From positions 19,902,001 to 19,966,000 of the forward strand of contig OZ249439.1 of the NCBI GenBank assembly GCA_965235115.1: a DNA stretch of 64,000 nt, written 5' to 3'. A model generated the notes under the pieces. That model ran no database searches, was not told the origin of the DNA, and saw only the letters and a list, made by a program, of their open reading frames with translations. The translations under genes were made by a program, and so were the position numbers. This stretch comes from Laetmonice hystrix (lineage: Eukaryota). Shown piece by piece: positions 1-14,500 of the stretch; position 1 is the stretch's first letter, and every line of letters begins with the position of its first letter.

Positions 1-600
1 AGTTGTGTTTTGTTATTGTCTCCATGTGCTCGCTACCAAACGAGCGGAACTATTAAAGTTGATTATAAGAGACGGCATTAGGCATGCCTTTGCTCATGAC
101 ATTTTTTTTATTCGTTTGGCCTACTCAGGCAGACTCTGTGAAAGTATTTTTGTCAACACTTGACCTTTCTGGTGCCCCCTCCGAATGTATTAAAGCGAAC
201 AAGCATCAAATCAGAAATGTCCATGAAAATACCAACGACGCTTGCAGGATAGGTCAATCAAATTAACAAGAATAAATACCTAGCACATGTGATTTGACAG
301 TGTAGGGCTAAGTTTGCGTGGCACCTTTATGCCGATTTTCAGTGACAGCTGTCTAGGCATAGAGATTGAGGGCTGTCTGGACGATGAATGAAAGAGCGAC
401 ATGCAATTCAAGATACTCACATGTATAGATGAAATGGACTAACACGCTGATGCGCTGATTATCTTAGTGATCTATGAAGACAATAGTCATCTTTAGGACA
501 GGATTATGGTAATAATTTGAAACCAATGGATTAACGACAGGATTAACGGTGGTTATGAGATGTAGCCCTGATCTAATGAATTCTCGTGGTCAAGGGTCAG

Positions 601-653
601 GGTGGTGTGGGTGTGGGTGTGTGTGTGTGTGTGTGTGGGGGGGGGGGGGGGGC
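601..653. repeat. (GT)n plus poly-G simple repeat
   Basis: Direct inspection. Confidence 0.9.
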
Positions 654-1362
654 TGGATCTATGGCACTGGCAGGGGGCAGGGTAGTAGGAACATGGGGGC
701 GGATGGCGAGTCAGGATCTTAGGCCCTTTGCGACCTTTAGTTTTGATTGGAAGGGCCATGCCCCCGACCCTATTATCGTTTGCGACTAAATGAGTTTTGG
801 GTACCAGCGGTGGAACATACATCCCTATTTCTAAATCGATATAATGTAATATGGAGCGTCTCTAAATGTACTAGTACTATGCCTCATAAGTACATCATTC
901 TTCAGAATTGATTTCATGCATGACGTACTCTTGCACAAGAAACGAATCCAATTTATTTAGACTCCAAAGCCCACCAACGGTCTTTTGTTCAACAATGACT
1001 GAGGCTTGATTGAAATCATTGATGTTGCGTTTAAAAGCTTCAAGCGCGTTTAAAGCGTTCCGCAACAAATGGGCTGAATGCATGGACTTCGAATAGAAAA
1101 AAAATATCGTCTCTGTTTATAAAGGATTTTTGTTGGTGGGGTGTACCGATGATATAGGTATCATTACAGGAAGTTGTTTTATTGACAATTCGTAATGACT
1201 TCCAGGTCAGTTGTGCCAGAATATGTTCGCCACTGCAGCTAAGGGAAGTATACTAGTGTAACCACCTATTGGCGATAGTCAGGATTGTTGGAGATTGTCT
1301 CAGCATGCATTGGCTTCCGAACAGGACAACACTTCAATGTCGAATAGCAATAGACCAAAAAT

Positions 1363-1422
<60 letters not shown>
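1363..1422. repeat. (AAC)20 microsatellite
   Basis: Direct count. Explains the poly-Cys ORF at 1334-1588. Confidence 0.97.
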
Positions 1423-1424
<2 letters not shown>

Positions 1425-2016
1425 ACTAAAAATAATGTTGTACTGCTTGGGTCAAGTTGAAGAAAACGCCAATGAAAATAAAAAATAAATATTTCGATAT
1501 ATATATTCATTAGCACCTCTTCAGGACAAATCAATAATGCAGACACAGATAGGATCAATGCCCAAGTTTCCTGGTCTTCATGTTTCATTTATTCTGCCCT
1601 CTAATCTAATTCAATCATGATAAAGTCACGCCCGAGAGTGTGCCATCTTTATAACTTAACCCTTTGTACTTATATAGTTGGGAACGGTTTTGGAAATTGC
1701 TTGACACTGTGACAGCGATCAGACCATAATAACGGACGCGTTATATTTGTTATTTTTATGCTGCTAGCGTTTTATTTAAAAAGTACCTGTTGTTACCCTA
1801 CCGTAAAAATATTCACAAAAGTAGCTGTTATTAATCTATTGTTAGATCAGCCGCAGTTTGAATGATAAAAATGGGCCTACTTGTCACTCACGGATAGTCC
1901 TGTGCCACTCTGAAGTGTAAAAACCATTGTATTTTTTGAGTTTATAAAAACGATGATCTATTCTATTTATCAACTTGCGGAAAACATCTTGGGGGCGAAT
2001 GGTCTCTACTGAAGGA

Positions 2017-2180
2017 GGGCCAGATAAAATTCAGGATGTGCCCTGTGGCAATTCGGGCCAGATAGAGTTCAGGAGACCCCTGTGCGCTGTGGCAGTTCGG
2101 GCCAGATAGAATTCAGGAGACCCCTGTGCGCTGTGGCAATTCGGGCCAGATAAAATTCAAGAGACGCGCTGTGGCAATTC
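2017..2180. repeat. Minisatellite, 38/44/44/38-bp units
   Basis: gggccagata...ctgtggcaattc starting at 2017, 2055, 2099 and 2143. Confidence 0.9.
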
Positions 2181-2545
2181 TTTATCACCTCAACGTCCGT
2201 CAGAAGAACACGTGGTGTTTTAAAAAAAGAAATATTCCGTCTCAGGTATAAATTCTGGCTATAAATTGCTATAATCAGTGGCTCTCTTTATAATGTAGAC
2301 TAAAATGTAGCATTGCTTCGCCAGTTCGTAACGTTTGGCAGTTTAAGATTATAAAGATGGCACTGTCATGTGTTTGGTTTGAAGGTCAGAAACGCCGAAT
2401 AAATTGAATAAGGTACAGGCGCCCCTGTGAAGGATGAAATGAGTCATTATATGGCTCGAAACTTGGCGGCAAGAGGGCGCCTCTGCGACCGTCATGAATG
2501 ATCTTTTGACCTGAGTATCGACAGGAGAAGATGAAAGTTACAAAC

Positions 2546-2585
2546 CTTGATAGTGCATTTCCTTCTCCATTGAGCAACCTCTCGT
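2546..2585 (-). CDS. CA10: CARP short exon (40 bp, phase 0-1): TRGCSMEKEMHYQ-G; may instead read on to TAA at 2540-2538
   Basis: Strong acceptor tttttttgtcttttcag|ACG. The C...Y pattern corresponds to CA10 KDCPNNRAQKLQY. The donor CAAG|gtttgt is weaker. Confidence 0.75.
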
Positions 2586-5500
2586 CTGAAAAGACAAAAA
2601 AACAGTTATAACTTCAGAAAAGAAAAATGGAACTCCAGTACATAGATTCAACAATAACCGAGAAATAACGATTCGGCGGCCCCACTGAGGCTGAAGCCTT
2701 GTGGATTGTTACATGACATTCAGGGACCCTGGTGTTAAGGTGCATGGCTTACCCTTTCTCCCTTAAAAATATCACCCCACCACACACACATGTTAAGGCG
2801 CACAACAGTAGAAATCGATTGTTTTAAACGGCGGCACCAATCAGAAACCATGACTACGTGGAATATTGACGTACGCTGAGAAAGACAATGACAACACAAA
2901 GGAGACCTTTCATGAACTGACAGGTCCCTACATTAGGAAGGGTTGTTGTATACCGAACTTCACACGTTATTTCTCCCGCCTACGTCCGGGGTTGTGCATT
3001 GGACAAAGGCAACATTACGTGTGTTCTCTGACTTTAAGAACACAACATTCTACACTCGTGTCTGATGCCTGGCAGTTGCATTTGGTAATGTAGTTGCTGG
3101 GGAACTAATGTTAAATAGTATTTATTAGCCCGCCTCCAAGGATGCATTTGCTTTAAATCTAGCGACGTACATGACATTGCTTCTCCGACCAACAATATAT
3201 TTACTATCCAATAGGCGGAAGATGAGTAGCAGTAAAACCAAAACCTCATTAAAACAATGATGTACTGTGGGATGAAAGGGAGTTAAAAGGCTAGGGACAT
3301 CGATTTACTTATTAATTCCAGTGGGAAAATTCAGAAATAAATTTTCACAGCCAACTTGTATAGACTCTTGTAACCCACGGTAGGCCGACGTCCTAGCTTT
3401 CTGTCAGGCCTCTGAAGGCATGGTAAGCATGAATATGAATTCCTTCTCGTCACCCTCAGATAGTGGTTATAATAATATCGAAACAATATCGATTAGATCG
3501 ATTCTGCAACGTTTCTGGAACACCACTGACATAGACTTATAAAGAGTCGTGCAGTATGGGAGGCACATCCAACGAGGCCAACAGTATCATATGACCTGTT
3601 TCCAAGTTGCGAGATCAAGGCCGTCCAACGTTTCACCTTTAATGACCCTGCCATTATTTTCCTGCCAGCCGGTAAAATGTGCATTCCCATAAAAAGTGAG
3701 CGTTGAGGGTGAGCATTGATGCACATTTCATGTCAGGGTACGCCATCAAGTTTTACAGCGTTCATCGATGAGGGGTGCTGGGCCACGGTTTAAACATCAC
3801 CAAGAGGGTAAGAAACGCCCTCGGGACAAAGCCTCTTGGAGGCGAGGCCCTCATGGGCGGCAATAAAAGGAGGACATGGGGCAGCGTTCTGCCACTCGGC
3901 AACAAAGGTGCGTTGCGGCCACCTCTGATCAGAACCCGCTGGTCTAGAGGCATTAGGAGCCAAGCATTCCTGAGGGCGAGGCGAGGCGGCTGTTGGTTGA
4001 CAGGCAGGGCTGCCTGCTCGTTAGAGGCACGCACTCTGCTAGCGCCAACATCAAGCATGGTCCAGCAGTGCTCGTGGAGGTGGAACTCACTAAACCATCA
4101 ACACTTGGCTGACCGCTACATGACCCGCATGTATATGATTAACAACGACAAAATTCAAGGAGACAAATTCTCAAGGCATTACAAGGATCCATCAGGGACC
4201 CCATAAATATATCACGCAAAGTATTCCAGTGTTAAATTTAATACTACAGGAATGTATCACTATGTAAATAAAAATTAATGCCCAACACTAGGGGCCATTT
4301 CAGAAAGAGGCGTAAAGACAAAAGGGTTTGATGAGGGAGAGAGCGGCATAGCTAAGTAAAACGATGTGTGTATTCATGTGGGAGTTTTTAGGTCCTTGCT
4401 TAGTGATGCATGGGGTACTTAATCATCTAACTCATTAAAAACTTTCATTAGGGAATGGTCGTACTTACTGGGTTAGGGAAATTAATGTTGGTCCTGATTG
4501 GTCGATGGTTGAGGGCCATAGTTGGCCGACAGTTGTTCTCCATGCCGACCTTAGGATTCGTCTCGTATCCTTGCATTATATCTCTTAGGATCATCATCTG
4601 AAACAGAATTACCACAGTCAAATTAAGGTTGTGACGTTAGTATGCGACGGGTTGTAGTTCTTTAAGTGTATGGATGTATCTTGATATTCCGAGGTTTGAG
4701 CCTCACCTGAGTTATATCAAGGAATGATCTTCTTTCCATGATATTCCCATGTCATGCCCGAATTATAGTGATATATCAGGGTTGTAAGCTCTCGATTTGG
4801 ACCACTTATGGTCTTATTCGACATTTCTTTTAATCAAAACGAGAATTTTAAAAAGGCTTCATTGAGAAACTAGAGGTACGTTGTGTAATTAGTATGTTCT
4901 TGATCAACTATATAACGTCCCCTTAAGAGAGTGGCATGATTTCATTAGGTGGGTGATATACAGCTTACGTCAGCCATCAACATTAAGAAAAGCGGGGCAG
5001 TAACGGTTCATTAAAGCTTCGTGAACAGTTCCAGAGATGTAAAACTATAAAAAGTAATGTGTTCTGCTGATATACTGGTAAAGAAATATGATGCAATCAG
5101 TCCTGTATAGCTGGTTGTGTAGCAGGGGGAGGGAGTCATTCTCCTTGGCTACAATACTTCATCTGTCTTCAATAATTACCTCTTGAGCCCAGTAATCATT
5201 ATTATACCTTGTTCATGAATGATTCTGACAAGGGAGAGACACTTGAAAGGAATTGTTAATCCTGGTCAGCAGTATCACGCTTGCTCTCCCCAAACCTGTT
5301 CTGACCAAGGCCAAGGAATTATCAGGTTAGGCGCTTCAGGAATATGGTATAACTTTCCGGGGTTATGAATACATTGATATACAATATATTAGTCAGGTGT
5401 CATAGGACCCGTTTCACTTATAACGCTCACCGGCATTGTCACAGATTCGGGAGATTGGAAGAGACATTGAAATGGGTCCCTTATGATTCTAGGGAAAATC

Positions 5501-8500
5501 ACGCCTGTCCCTGCCCCGAGCCTAGTTTGTCATTATTCTGTGGCCAATCAGTACCTGGAGGTTCCGAGTAATCACAGCATATAGCAAGATACCGAACAAC
5601 TTTGACAAAAGGGAGCAGGTGATATATCTGAAGAAAATGGAGAAAACCACCCACACGTTTCCTGTTGCAAAAAGAGAAGTCCCTCAAAATTGTCTAACGT
5701 TGCCAAGGATAACATCTTTTCCCTCATTCTATAACATCCCCACTAACTTGCCTTTTCTCAGAGGCAAACGAGGAATTGTATGTATATGTATTTAAAACAT
5801 GGATTTGTAACTTGTGTCCTATTGCTAAAAATTGACAAGATAGTTTGGATACGCAGTTCGCGACGTGACTCTTGAGTATCTGCATTCGTTAACACGAGGC
5901 CACCGCAATCATGGAGAGCGAACTGGAAACGTCGTTTCATACAAACCCAAACTACGCCACTGACGTTCATATTTTACAAATTCCCACCAGTCACGGCTCT
6001 GAAACTTACACAGAACTCCTATTGACTTATCTTGTAACATAACAGTGCTAAAAAGTAATTGTAGATGATAAGAGGACTTCTAATCAGCATTTACTATTTT
6101 CAATGTCATCACTGATGTATGCCTTTAATTGGCCTTTAAAGGATCGCATGGACGTAAAACAGCATCATTGGAATAAGATCACACGTTACAATCATTCATA
6201 AATAATACTTTTTATCGAAAGTCGACTTCCAAGAAGCTAATCATTGTTTGTAGCGTATTTGTAAGAAGGAGGAATACCTTTGTTATAGTATCTTTACAAA
6301 AATCATTATTGAACCAGCTAATAGGATACCACAAAGCATCATCTATTTGCGCTCATGATAACGCACAATGTGTGTAGAATGGGATTGAGTCGTTAAAATT
6401 GTAACATACGCGGCCGCTTGTATAGATTTTGTGACATGAATGGAAGGTAGCATGGCACTTGACTGCGCCATCTTTATCTTTATGAATCAAACTTCTGTAA
6501 TATCTAATCAGGTCCACTGGGGGATCCAGGGGGGGGGGTGCAAGGGGCCCGCCCCCCTTAAATTTTCATTTTCCCCGCTTTTTTGTAAGAAGATGCATTA
6601 TTCGGACCCTGAAACCAGTATTTCAACAAAATTCTGTAAAAAAAACCCCTCCTATAGGGCTATAGGGCCTCCTCAGTCATCCAGGAGCAACATAACTCTG
6701 GGTCATGCAGCATTAATATAGACCAAAAGGGGCCCAAAATGGCCATGATTACAATAAAATCATGCAGAGCTTAGTGAGGCTAAAAACATTTTTAGGTGGG
6801 CCCCCCTTATCAAAATCCTGGATCCCCCACTGAGGTCAGATGATATTTCTTTGGCGTCACCGACAGCCTGTTTCACTATAATCAGTGTCAGTGCAGACCA
6901 AACTACAGGGGGAATATGACATCCCAGTACAATGTATTTAATTCTACTAAACAATCTTTAGTTTGAATTCCCAGGAAACGTAGGAAATTTGGTAAGGACA
7001 GGACATGTGATTCAGCGTCTATCAAGTTCATCATCTCGAAGTTTAGTACATTATTTGTTGGTGGCATGTGCCATGTCAGTCGGCAACTGAGGCCACTAAC
7101 ACATGCCTCAAGTAGACCGGCTGCCAGGTAGCGGTAACCGGTGCACATTGCCTCCCATGGCAGACGTGTCTCACTCCGAGGAGATCATTAAGGGTCCTCG
7201 AGGAGCGAATCCCTCTCTCACTGCCATCTCGGCCATGAGCGAAAGCTCATTCTACATAATTGGCGAACATGTTTGAAAGACAACCCCGAATCTGCAGACA
7301 GGAGCCGAGTCTGTCGAGTGGAATTGGAGTACGTCCTGTCTACATGTACGTCCGAGGGCAAGCTCTTCTGTCAGGCAGTAGGCAGAACTACTCTCCACAC
7401 AAGGTCCCAGGACCGAAGTGGTAGGGCGACTACTTGATAAAATATTACGTGACGTATGAAATATTGCGCATAAAAAAGTACCTAGATCAGCATACCGTTC
7501 ACAATTCATCATCTTGCTGCCATGTAAATGTTAGCCTAACTTAGAATAGGACGTTTGAGATATTATTATTATTAATATAGGATCCCAGGTCATCTACGTC
7601 TCATTGATAATAATAACCAGTTTTAGTTGGTTACGGGCAGAATATGGGCCATTACTGCCTTCAAGATTAGAAAATACCTATTTCCTTGTAATAGTTTACG
7701 CACAGAAGTCTAAGGTATGGGTTCCTCTGAAGATACATCGTATGCATGCAGAATGTTGTTCTGGAGAAAACTATCTGATATAATGTTATTCGAGGATCGC
7801 TACATATTTAATTCTAGATACATCGTATGCATGCAGAATGTTGGTCTGGAGAAAACTATGATATAATGTTATTCGAGGATCGCTACATATTTAATTCTAG
7901 ATACATCGTATGCATGCAGAATGTTGGTCTGGAGAAAACTATGATATAATGTTATTCGAGGATCGCTACATATTTAATTCTAGATACATCGTATGCATGC
8001 GGAATGTTGGTCTGGAGAAAACTATGATATTATGTTATTCGAGGATCGCTACATATTTAATTCTAGATACATCGTATGCATGCAGAATGTTGGTCTGGAG
8101 AAAACTATCTGGTATAATGTTATTCGAGGATCGCTACATATTGCCTAATATAATGAGTGTGTTATTGCGAGAAAGATACTTGGCACTTTGATATGTCATT
8201 GGCATAGGACGACACACAAAAAAGTTGACCTATGTACCTGGTAAAATACGCGTTGACTACTTGATTAGTTCTATTGAAGTCTGTTAATCTAACTAAATTA
8301 GAAGTACGCGAGGCATGCTCGAAAATCTACACGTGTGACATCGTGACTGACAGAATGTGATCAAGTGTGGTATCATGAATGTCTTGCGCATCCGTGAGAA
8401 CTGCATCCATAAGAAACGGGCAGACACGGTCAGGATGCAGCAGTGGGCAACCGCTACTGTTAATTAGGCGTCATGGCTAATTAATGGGTTACACTATCGG

Positions 8501-11500
8501 TAATGATCAGCAGGTAAGGACAGACAGCATCGTGGCTATGTTGGCCAGGCGAGGAGAAATTATGATACTAATGATGTATTGTGGTCCCTTCTTTTTGATT
8601 TCACGTATATCAATTAAGGGTGGTATTGAATAAGACATTCCTCGGAAACACTCTAACAGCACTGATGGGTCGATAGAAAGTTCTGTATTGATGACGCATG
8701 TTGAAGCTAACTTTTACACTTAAGATTAAACGAGGACGGAGAAGTATCTTCGTACACCTGATCTATATACTAAGATAACAACAAAGATTTAACTGATTCT
8801 ATAGAACAGTAAACTGTCACGACTAAAAGCTGATCCGTGCACTGCATATGCATGTACACGCATCAGAGCCAATATTCTCCGGAGATTTAGTAGGCCTTTT
8901 CTTTCATAAGAGAAGCTCACTTGTATATGCCTAGTTGCACCAGGGCAATGTGTGAAAATAGAAGACAAACACCTACCGTTATCTACCACTCTGCCGATGA
9001 TTGTAATGAATATTGTGCCGAAATTCAATTTAAGACTGAGATAATTGTCGACAGCTGAATAATTTGACTTTATTTTGTGATAAATAGGAAAGTTGAATTT
9101 GGTAATGGTTCAGTTGATGAGAAAAACATGTAGACAAATCCTGGCAACCACTGGTGGAGATGCTGATTTAACTGGGGATAAATGAGACGAGCAGTGAGAA
9201 ACACAAGGCTGGAAGAGGGGAGCAAGGCTTGTATTCAAATCCAAGTGACCTGGTGTCGTTTATTCTCCTGGTGGTGTATTAAAAAAGCCATTGTAGGCCC
9301 GATAACATCGACGTATCCGTTAACGGTGTAGACCCGGACCAGTAAACGAGATCATAACATCGGTACATCACAGCCCAGACTAATGACAAATCCTGCCATG
9401 ACTACATCCCCTTCAGATCCATTGTACATGAACTAATTAGTTAAATTTTCTCTGGTAAGTTCAAATTCTCTAAGTCGAGCCTGTATATTACCGTTATTAA
9501 ATATCATAGACGTGTAAATACTAACCACAGAAGGGGTCACTCTTGTCCTAATGTTAGATATTTGTCAAGGCGTATTCAACTGTGTTCATCAAAGATGTTT
9601 ATACATGTCTTTTCAGTTCTGCTCGGGCCTGTCTAGAAGTACATATTCAGACACTGGAGGCATCTGGAGGTGTCACACAGATACTGCTACAGGTAACTTC
9701 AATGTACGGACTTACTGAATGATCTGTTTTGGCAACACTGAATTATACAGATTACAAGACTTGGCTAAAAGGTTCTGGTAACTTTTCTCATGTAGATTTG
9801 AGCTCCTAAAGTCCACTGCACACAGTGATGTCCATTCCCGGACACATCACTCTAACCTTTTCCTCGCCCAGCTTATCTGTATGATCTTTGTCCGTATTTC
9901 CTGCTCATCAGCAAGGTCTGGCAGGTGTTATATTACACCAACTTCAGCCCACCATCAACATGATAACGTTCATCCGACATTAATCTGATGCAGTTTTAAA
10001 AGGTCTATGTGTCAAATGTCGCGCGGAAAATTTCCCTGATAATCCCACTCTTACTGCATGCACACGTCAAGATCCGCGGGATAATGTGCGAACCATCTTG
10101 GTCTCGATATCTAACTATTTAATAATATATTATAATACAATAATACAATTGAATAATTTATTAATTGTGGATCAGTACGACACAGTTCAAGAATCAACGC
10201 CCATTTCTGTAGACTTTTGATGCCAGCGAAAATTGGGCCGAGACATGACCGTCGGCCATCAGCAGTGTCATACTTTACTATCACATTACCCGCCTGATCA
10301 TGGCTCGTGTAGGTTATGACCCTCAGCATGAGTTCTAGGAATAAAAACAAGGATTCCGTACAAAAGAAAGGCATCGTGAAAAGAAAAATTTTTTTAGTGC
10401 TAAGATAACGGCAAATATTTCCAGCAAGTGAACATTTCAAGTTTTTCGTGATGATTTGGTTAGATGTCTTCATTATTAATATAAAAAAAAAGAAAGAAAA
10501 AAGAATTGCGTTATTACGACACTAGTTCCATAAACTGGAAGGATGGCCAGGACAATAAAAGAAATGCAATCACTGAGAAATGAAACTTTCTCCCTTTAGT
10601 GAAACATGGTTTACATGTCGTTTCTATGGTAACAAACTGTGTCTGTAGAAGCATAGGATATGTGCCTTATTACTTGGGATTACTCAAGAGTTCCATAGTT
10701 TTAAAGCTCCTGTGATATTGCGGAACCAAATAATATTGGTGCATGCAGCATGAAACAAAATGAGATGAAGTACGTCAACACATGAAACCATGTTAAGTCT
10801 CCCACGAGGTTGCATTCTATTACTCTAGTTTCCACCTCGTTCGGATTTCCCTTGGAGAAAAGTCATTTGTGAAGATCTCCTAAGAAATTTGCGACAATTG
10901 CAGAAGAGGGCACCCACATGCTGACAATGCCCTCAGAATCTAACAGCGAATGACAGTCGATAAATATGAATCTAATCAGGCTCTTTCCATTTCTCCTTCA
11001 TTAAATGTCAATGAATCAGTTGAGATTATTCATGGCACAAACGACGGCAAGGCACAAATCGTAATTCAGTTGAACCAGTGAGATATGAAGAGGCCTTTAC
11101 AAGCGATTCCGCTAAGGCTGAAGGAAAGAAGCAGATTCTTTCATTCCAAGTGCACTGAAGTTAACAACATTTATTTCTTGGTTCAAAAACTTCTCCCAAT
11201 TCTTTGCTTATCAAAAGTGAAATTTGCATATGCTGATTAGATTAACCTTCATATGCTAAACCATTATAAATTAAAATAGCTCATTTTGAAAGATTCTAAT
11301 TTTATACTCGGAGTACCATATACAATTTAATTAAACCCATTTTAATTTAACATGTCACAGACAAACCTACCAGTGCCGTACCTGGATTAGTTTAAACAGT
11401 CTGGTCGGGTTTATTTGGCAGGTAGGCCTCGTGCATAAAATATTTGGCAATTAAAATGTAGAGGCAGACGGTGGAATTGTGACATGAGAACTACCGGTAA

Positions 11501-14500
11501 TGCGGGTTTTCTCAACGAGAAGCTTTGGGGTGACTGCGAATTTAGATATTTCTGAAACATTTTCTAAAGATCTCTCTAATAGTAATTGCCGATAACGTTA
11601 TATATATAGTAACTTGTACTATTTCCATCCTTCATGTGGCTGCCATTGTGGAGCGTTGAATGTTGGTTTACTCGGCTGACGCTCAGGTATGATGGCGCCC
11701 TCTGCTGAGTATGTTGTTGACGACCATCCGGTTTATTCCCCGCCCCAACTGGTCCTTCTGTCCGGTTTATTCCCCGCCCCAACTGGTCCTTCTGTCCGGT
11801 TTATTCCCCGCCCCAACTGGTCCTGTCCGGTTTATTCCCCGCCCCAACTGGTCCTTCTGTCTCTCCCACCGCCTCTCTATCCAGCTGGATGACATTTAAT
11901 AAATCAGTTTGCTATAACAGATGATACAGGCTGAAGGTCCTTGAAAAGTCACCCGCGTCTGGGACGGTGTCAGTTATTGTCTTTGTATATAAGGATCATG
12001 TATCATGTGTGAATTGTCGGTTTTGCCCAACCCCGGCTTGTTCACAAGTTTCAGATTATTCAGTCACCGTCAGAACAATTTATACTGTTTTTATCAAGGT
12101 GAATCTGATTATATACAGATTGGCCAGAAAGATTTGGTAATGATGCATAATTACTCATTTCATAGGAGAATGATCCAATTGGTATTTTACGTAATGAGAT
12201 GAAATGGGATGATAATACCAGTTGGTCATATAATCCTTCCTTTGTGGAAATGATCTCATACTAGTTTTTGAATATTTCAATATAACGGTACCAGTTGTGT
12301 TTCATGGCCAGGTATATATTTTAGGTAGGGTCTATACTGGTTAAAGACTTTATTGGACTGATATGACTAAGATGCAGATAGGATAACGGTAACTCTCATG
12401 ATTCATATTCAGCGTAGCCTAAAATGTAGGCCCATTCCGCTTTTCTGCTGAAACGTTTTTATTTTCTTCACGAGATGGATCAGGTTTCATTTGAATTACA
12501 AGATAAATACAAGGAACGGTGTTACTGGGCATGCTCAGTTAAGCTTTATTGCTCGTTGGGAGATGCAGGAATCTTTTTGATTAAAATAGATTCGGATATT
12601 TTTAATATGATTTTTTAGGGTTCACTCTTAAATGAATAACGCTCAGATTTCAATCGCTGCATAAAAATTAGGACATTATTATTAGAAAATTCATGCAAAT
12701 GTTATTCATATTAAGAGACAGAGTACTTTCATTTCTGGTTGTGTACGCGTTATAACATGGAGATAACAATCAGTTGTAAATAATAACTATATAATCTAGA
12801 TTGCTGAAATGATTGCTGGGATGGAAACGTATTTTTGTATGATATAACTGATACCAGCATGAAGGATTCCTTGTCCGATGTTTGTCTCTGGCAGATTACG
12901 TACTTCGTCCTGTTCAGCTGGTCGCGAGCATCCTTCATGCGCACGACAAAAGACGGAGTCATTTTGATGCAAATCATATTAACTCATTAAGAGTTCTTCA
13001 CAAAAATATTACACCATTATTCAATCATTACTTGTTAATTTCCCAGGTCATTATTGGTTAATTAGGCTGGAGCATGAGCGCCCTCTGGCAAGGAAATGTA
13101 CAACGAGGTTTTGCAGCAAACATGCAGCATCAGATCAAATCTGGAGTGCAGACCTGCATTCCTGTAGTTCGAGGTCCAACGACATCCATATAAGGGAAAC
13201 ACAGTGGCTTTTTGTTTTAGATTTACTTGTAAGGCCATGATGAGCAGTATCAAAGATAAGAAAGCCTCTGGTCAATGTTATACCTGGCCGTTCATCATCC
13301 ACGGATGATACTTTGTGGACTTAGTGATGAGGAACATACACTGATACTATAGTACGGGAGAAGATCATCGAGGCAAGTGTCTCTCACCTACGTCCTCGTC
13401 TATACTTGTATACATAAAGTGCTCTGTAATACTGATCCGCGCACCCACTCCCTGGCGAGCCGGGTCACATTAGATTCTTCAAAACATCAATTGTTGCTCC
13501 AGCTTGCCATTTCCGTGATAAGGTTGGCGACCGCTAACAAGGACAGGTACGTCACATGCATGTTGAGCGGGGCATTTTCAACCATGTCTCCTTCATTAGC
13601 ACAGAGATCAGAGATTGTCATTGTGGGAGTGTTGATGACTGCATCATGCCTTCCTGTAATTAGGAGTTCACAGATGAAGCAGGTGTGGTGCATGTCTGAA
13701 TATAGTCTCCTGAACACTTTTATTCCTGACCTGACCACAATCACTGTCACCTGATCCTCTGCAGGTCGGACGCTGAAGATGAGAAATGACGCACCAACCA
13801 ATATAATGAAAGTAACACCCCCCGAAAAATTAAATAAATTAAAGAATAAAAAGTAAATCTACGGAAACCTACATGTGTACATAGGCGGATGCAGGGGGCA
13901 CAGGGGCCACGCCTTTAGCTCTCCTAATTTTATGCTCATTTTTAAATAATGTTGTCACATTTACAACACTGGTGCATCTTAGGGCATCATGAGTGGATAT
14001 GCGGCCTCACTACTACTGACGAAGTAAATGGTTGTAACTTATGACACAGAAGTCCTACATAAAACAAAAGAGCTTTACAAATGCAAACAGCCATGAATTA
14101 TTTTCCTGTGCCCCCCCCCTTATTGAAATCCTGGATCCGCAAGTGGTGTATGTAGTATGGGTCAAACGCTACAGTTATGGTAGTTAATTTATGTATTCAA
14201 TGTTCTGGTCATCTTATAACCATGAACCGGATTATAACAAGTCAGAAAATGTATGGTAAGATTTCAGTCAGCATTTATGGTGCTGTACATGGTTCTATAC
14301 ATGGGAGGTGACGTGGTGGTAGCGGTGATAATGTGTGTGTTGGGGGAGTTGGTGTTCTCAGTTACTTCATGGATAAAGATAATGTAGGAAGGTGTTATAA
14401 TAGCCTGTCGATGTCAGTATCCTGAGACTGGAGCTAATTACCACTGACAGCCAGGGACAGGGATGGGGGCTAGCCAAGTGAAGTCTTCCCTAGACACTTG

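Noticed and set aside
1196-1233. Possible CARP terminal exon (ctgcag|TGGCGAACATATTCTGGCACAACTGA, reading VANIFWHN-stop)
   Set aside because: Phase-compatible, but with no recognisable similarity to CARP C-termini and only a moderate acceptor; cannot be preferred over an exon outside the window.
1334-1588. Poly-Cys ORF
   Set aside because: Simply the antisense of the (AAC)20 microsatellite.
3762-4206. GC-rich ORFs resembling a retroelement gag
   Set aside because: Several stops in the most protein-like frame and no diagnostic motif.
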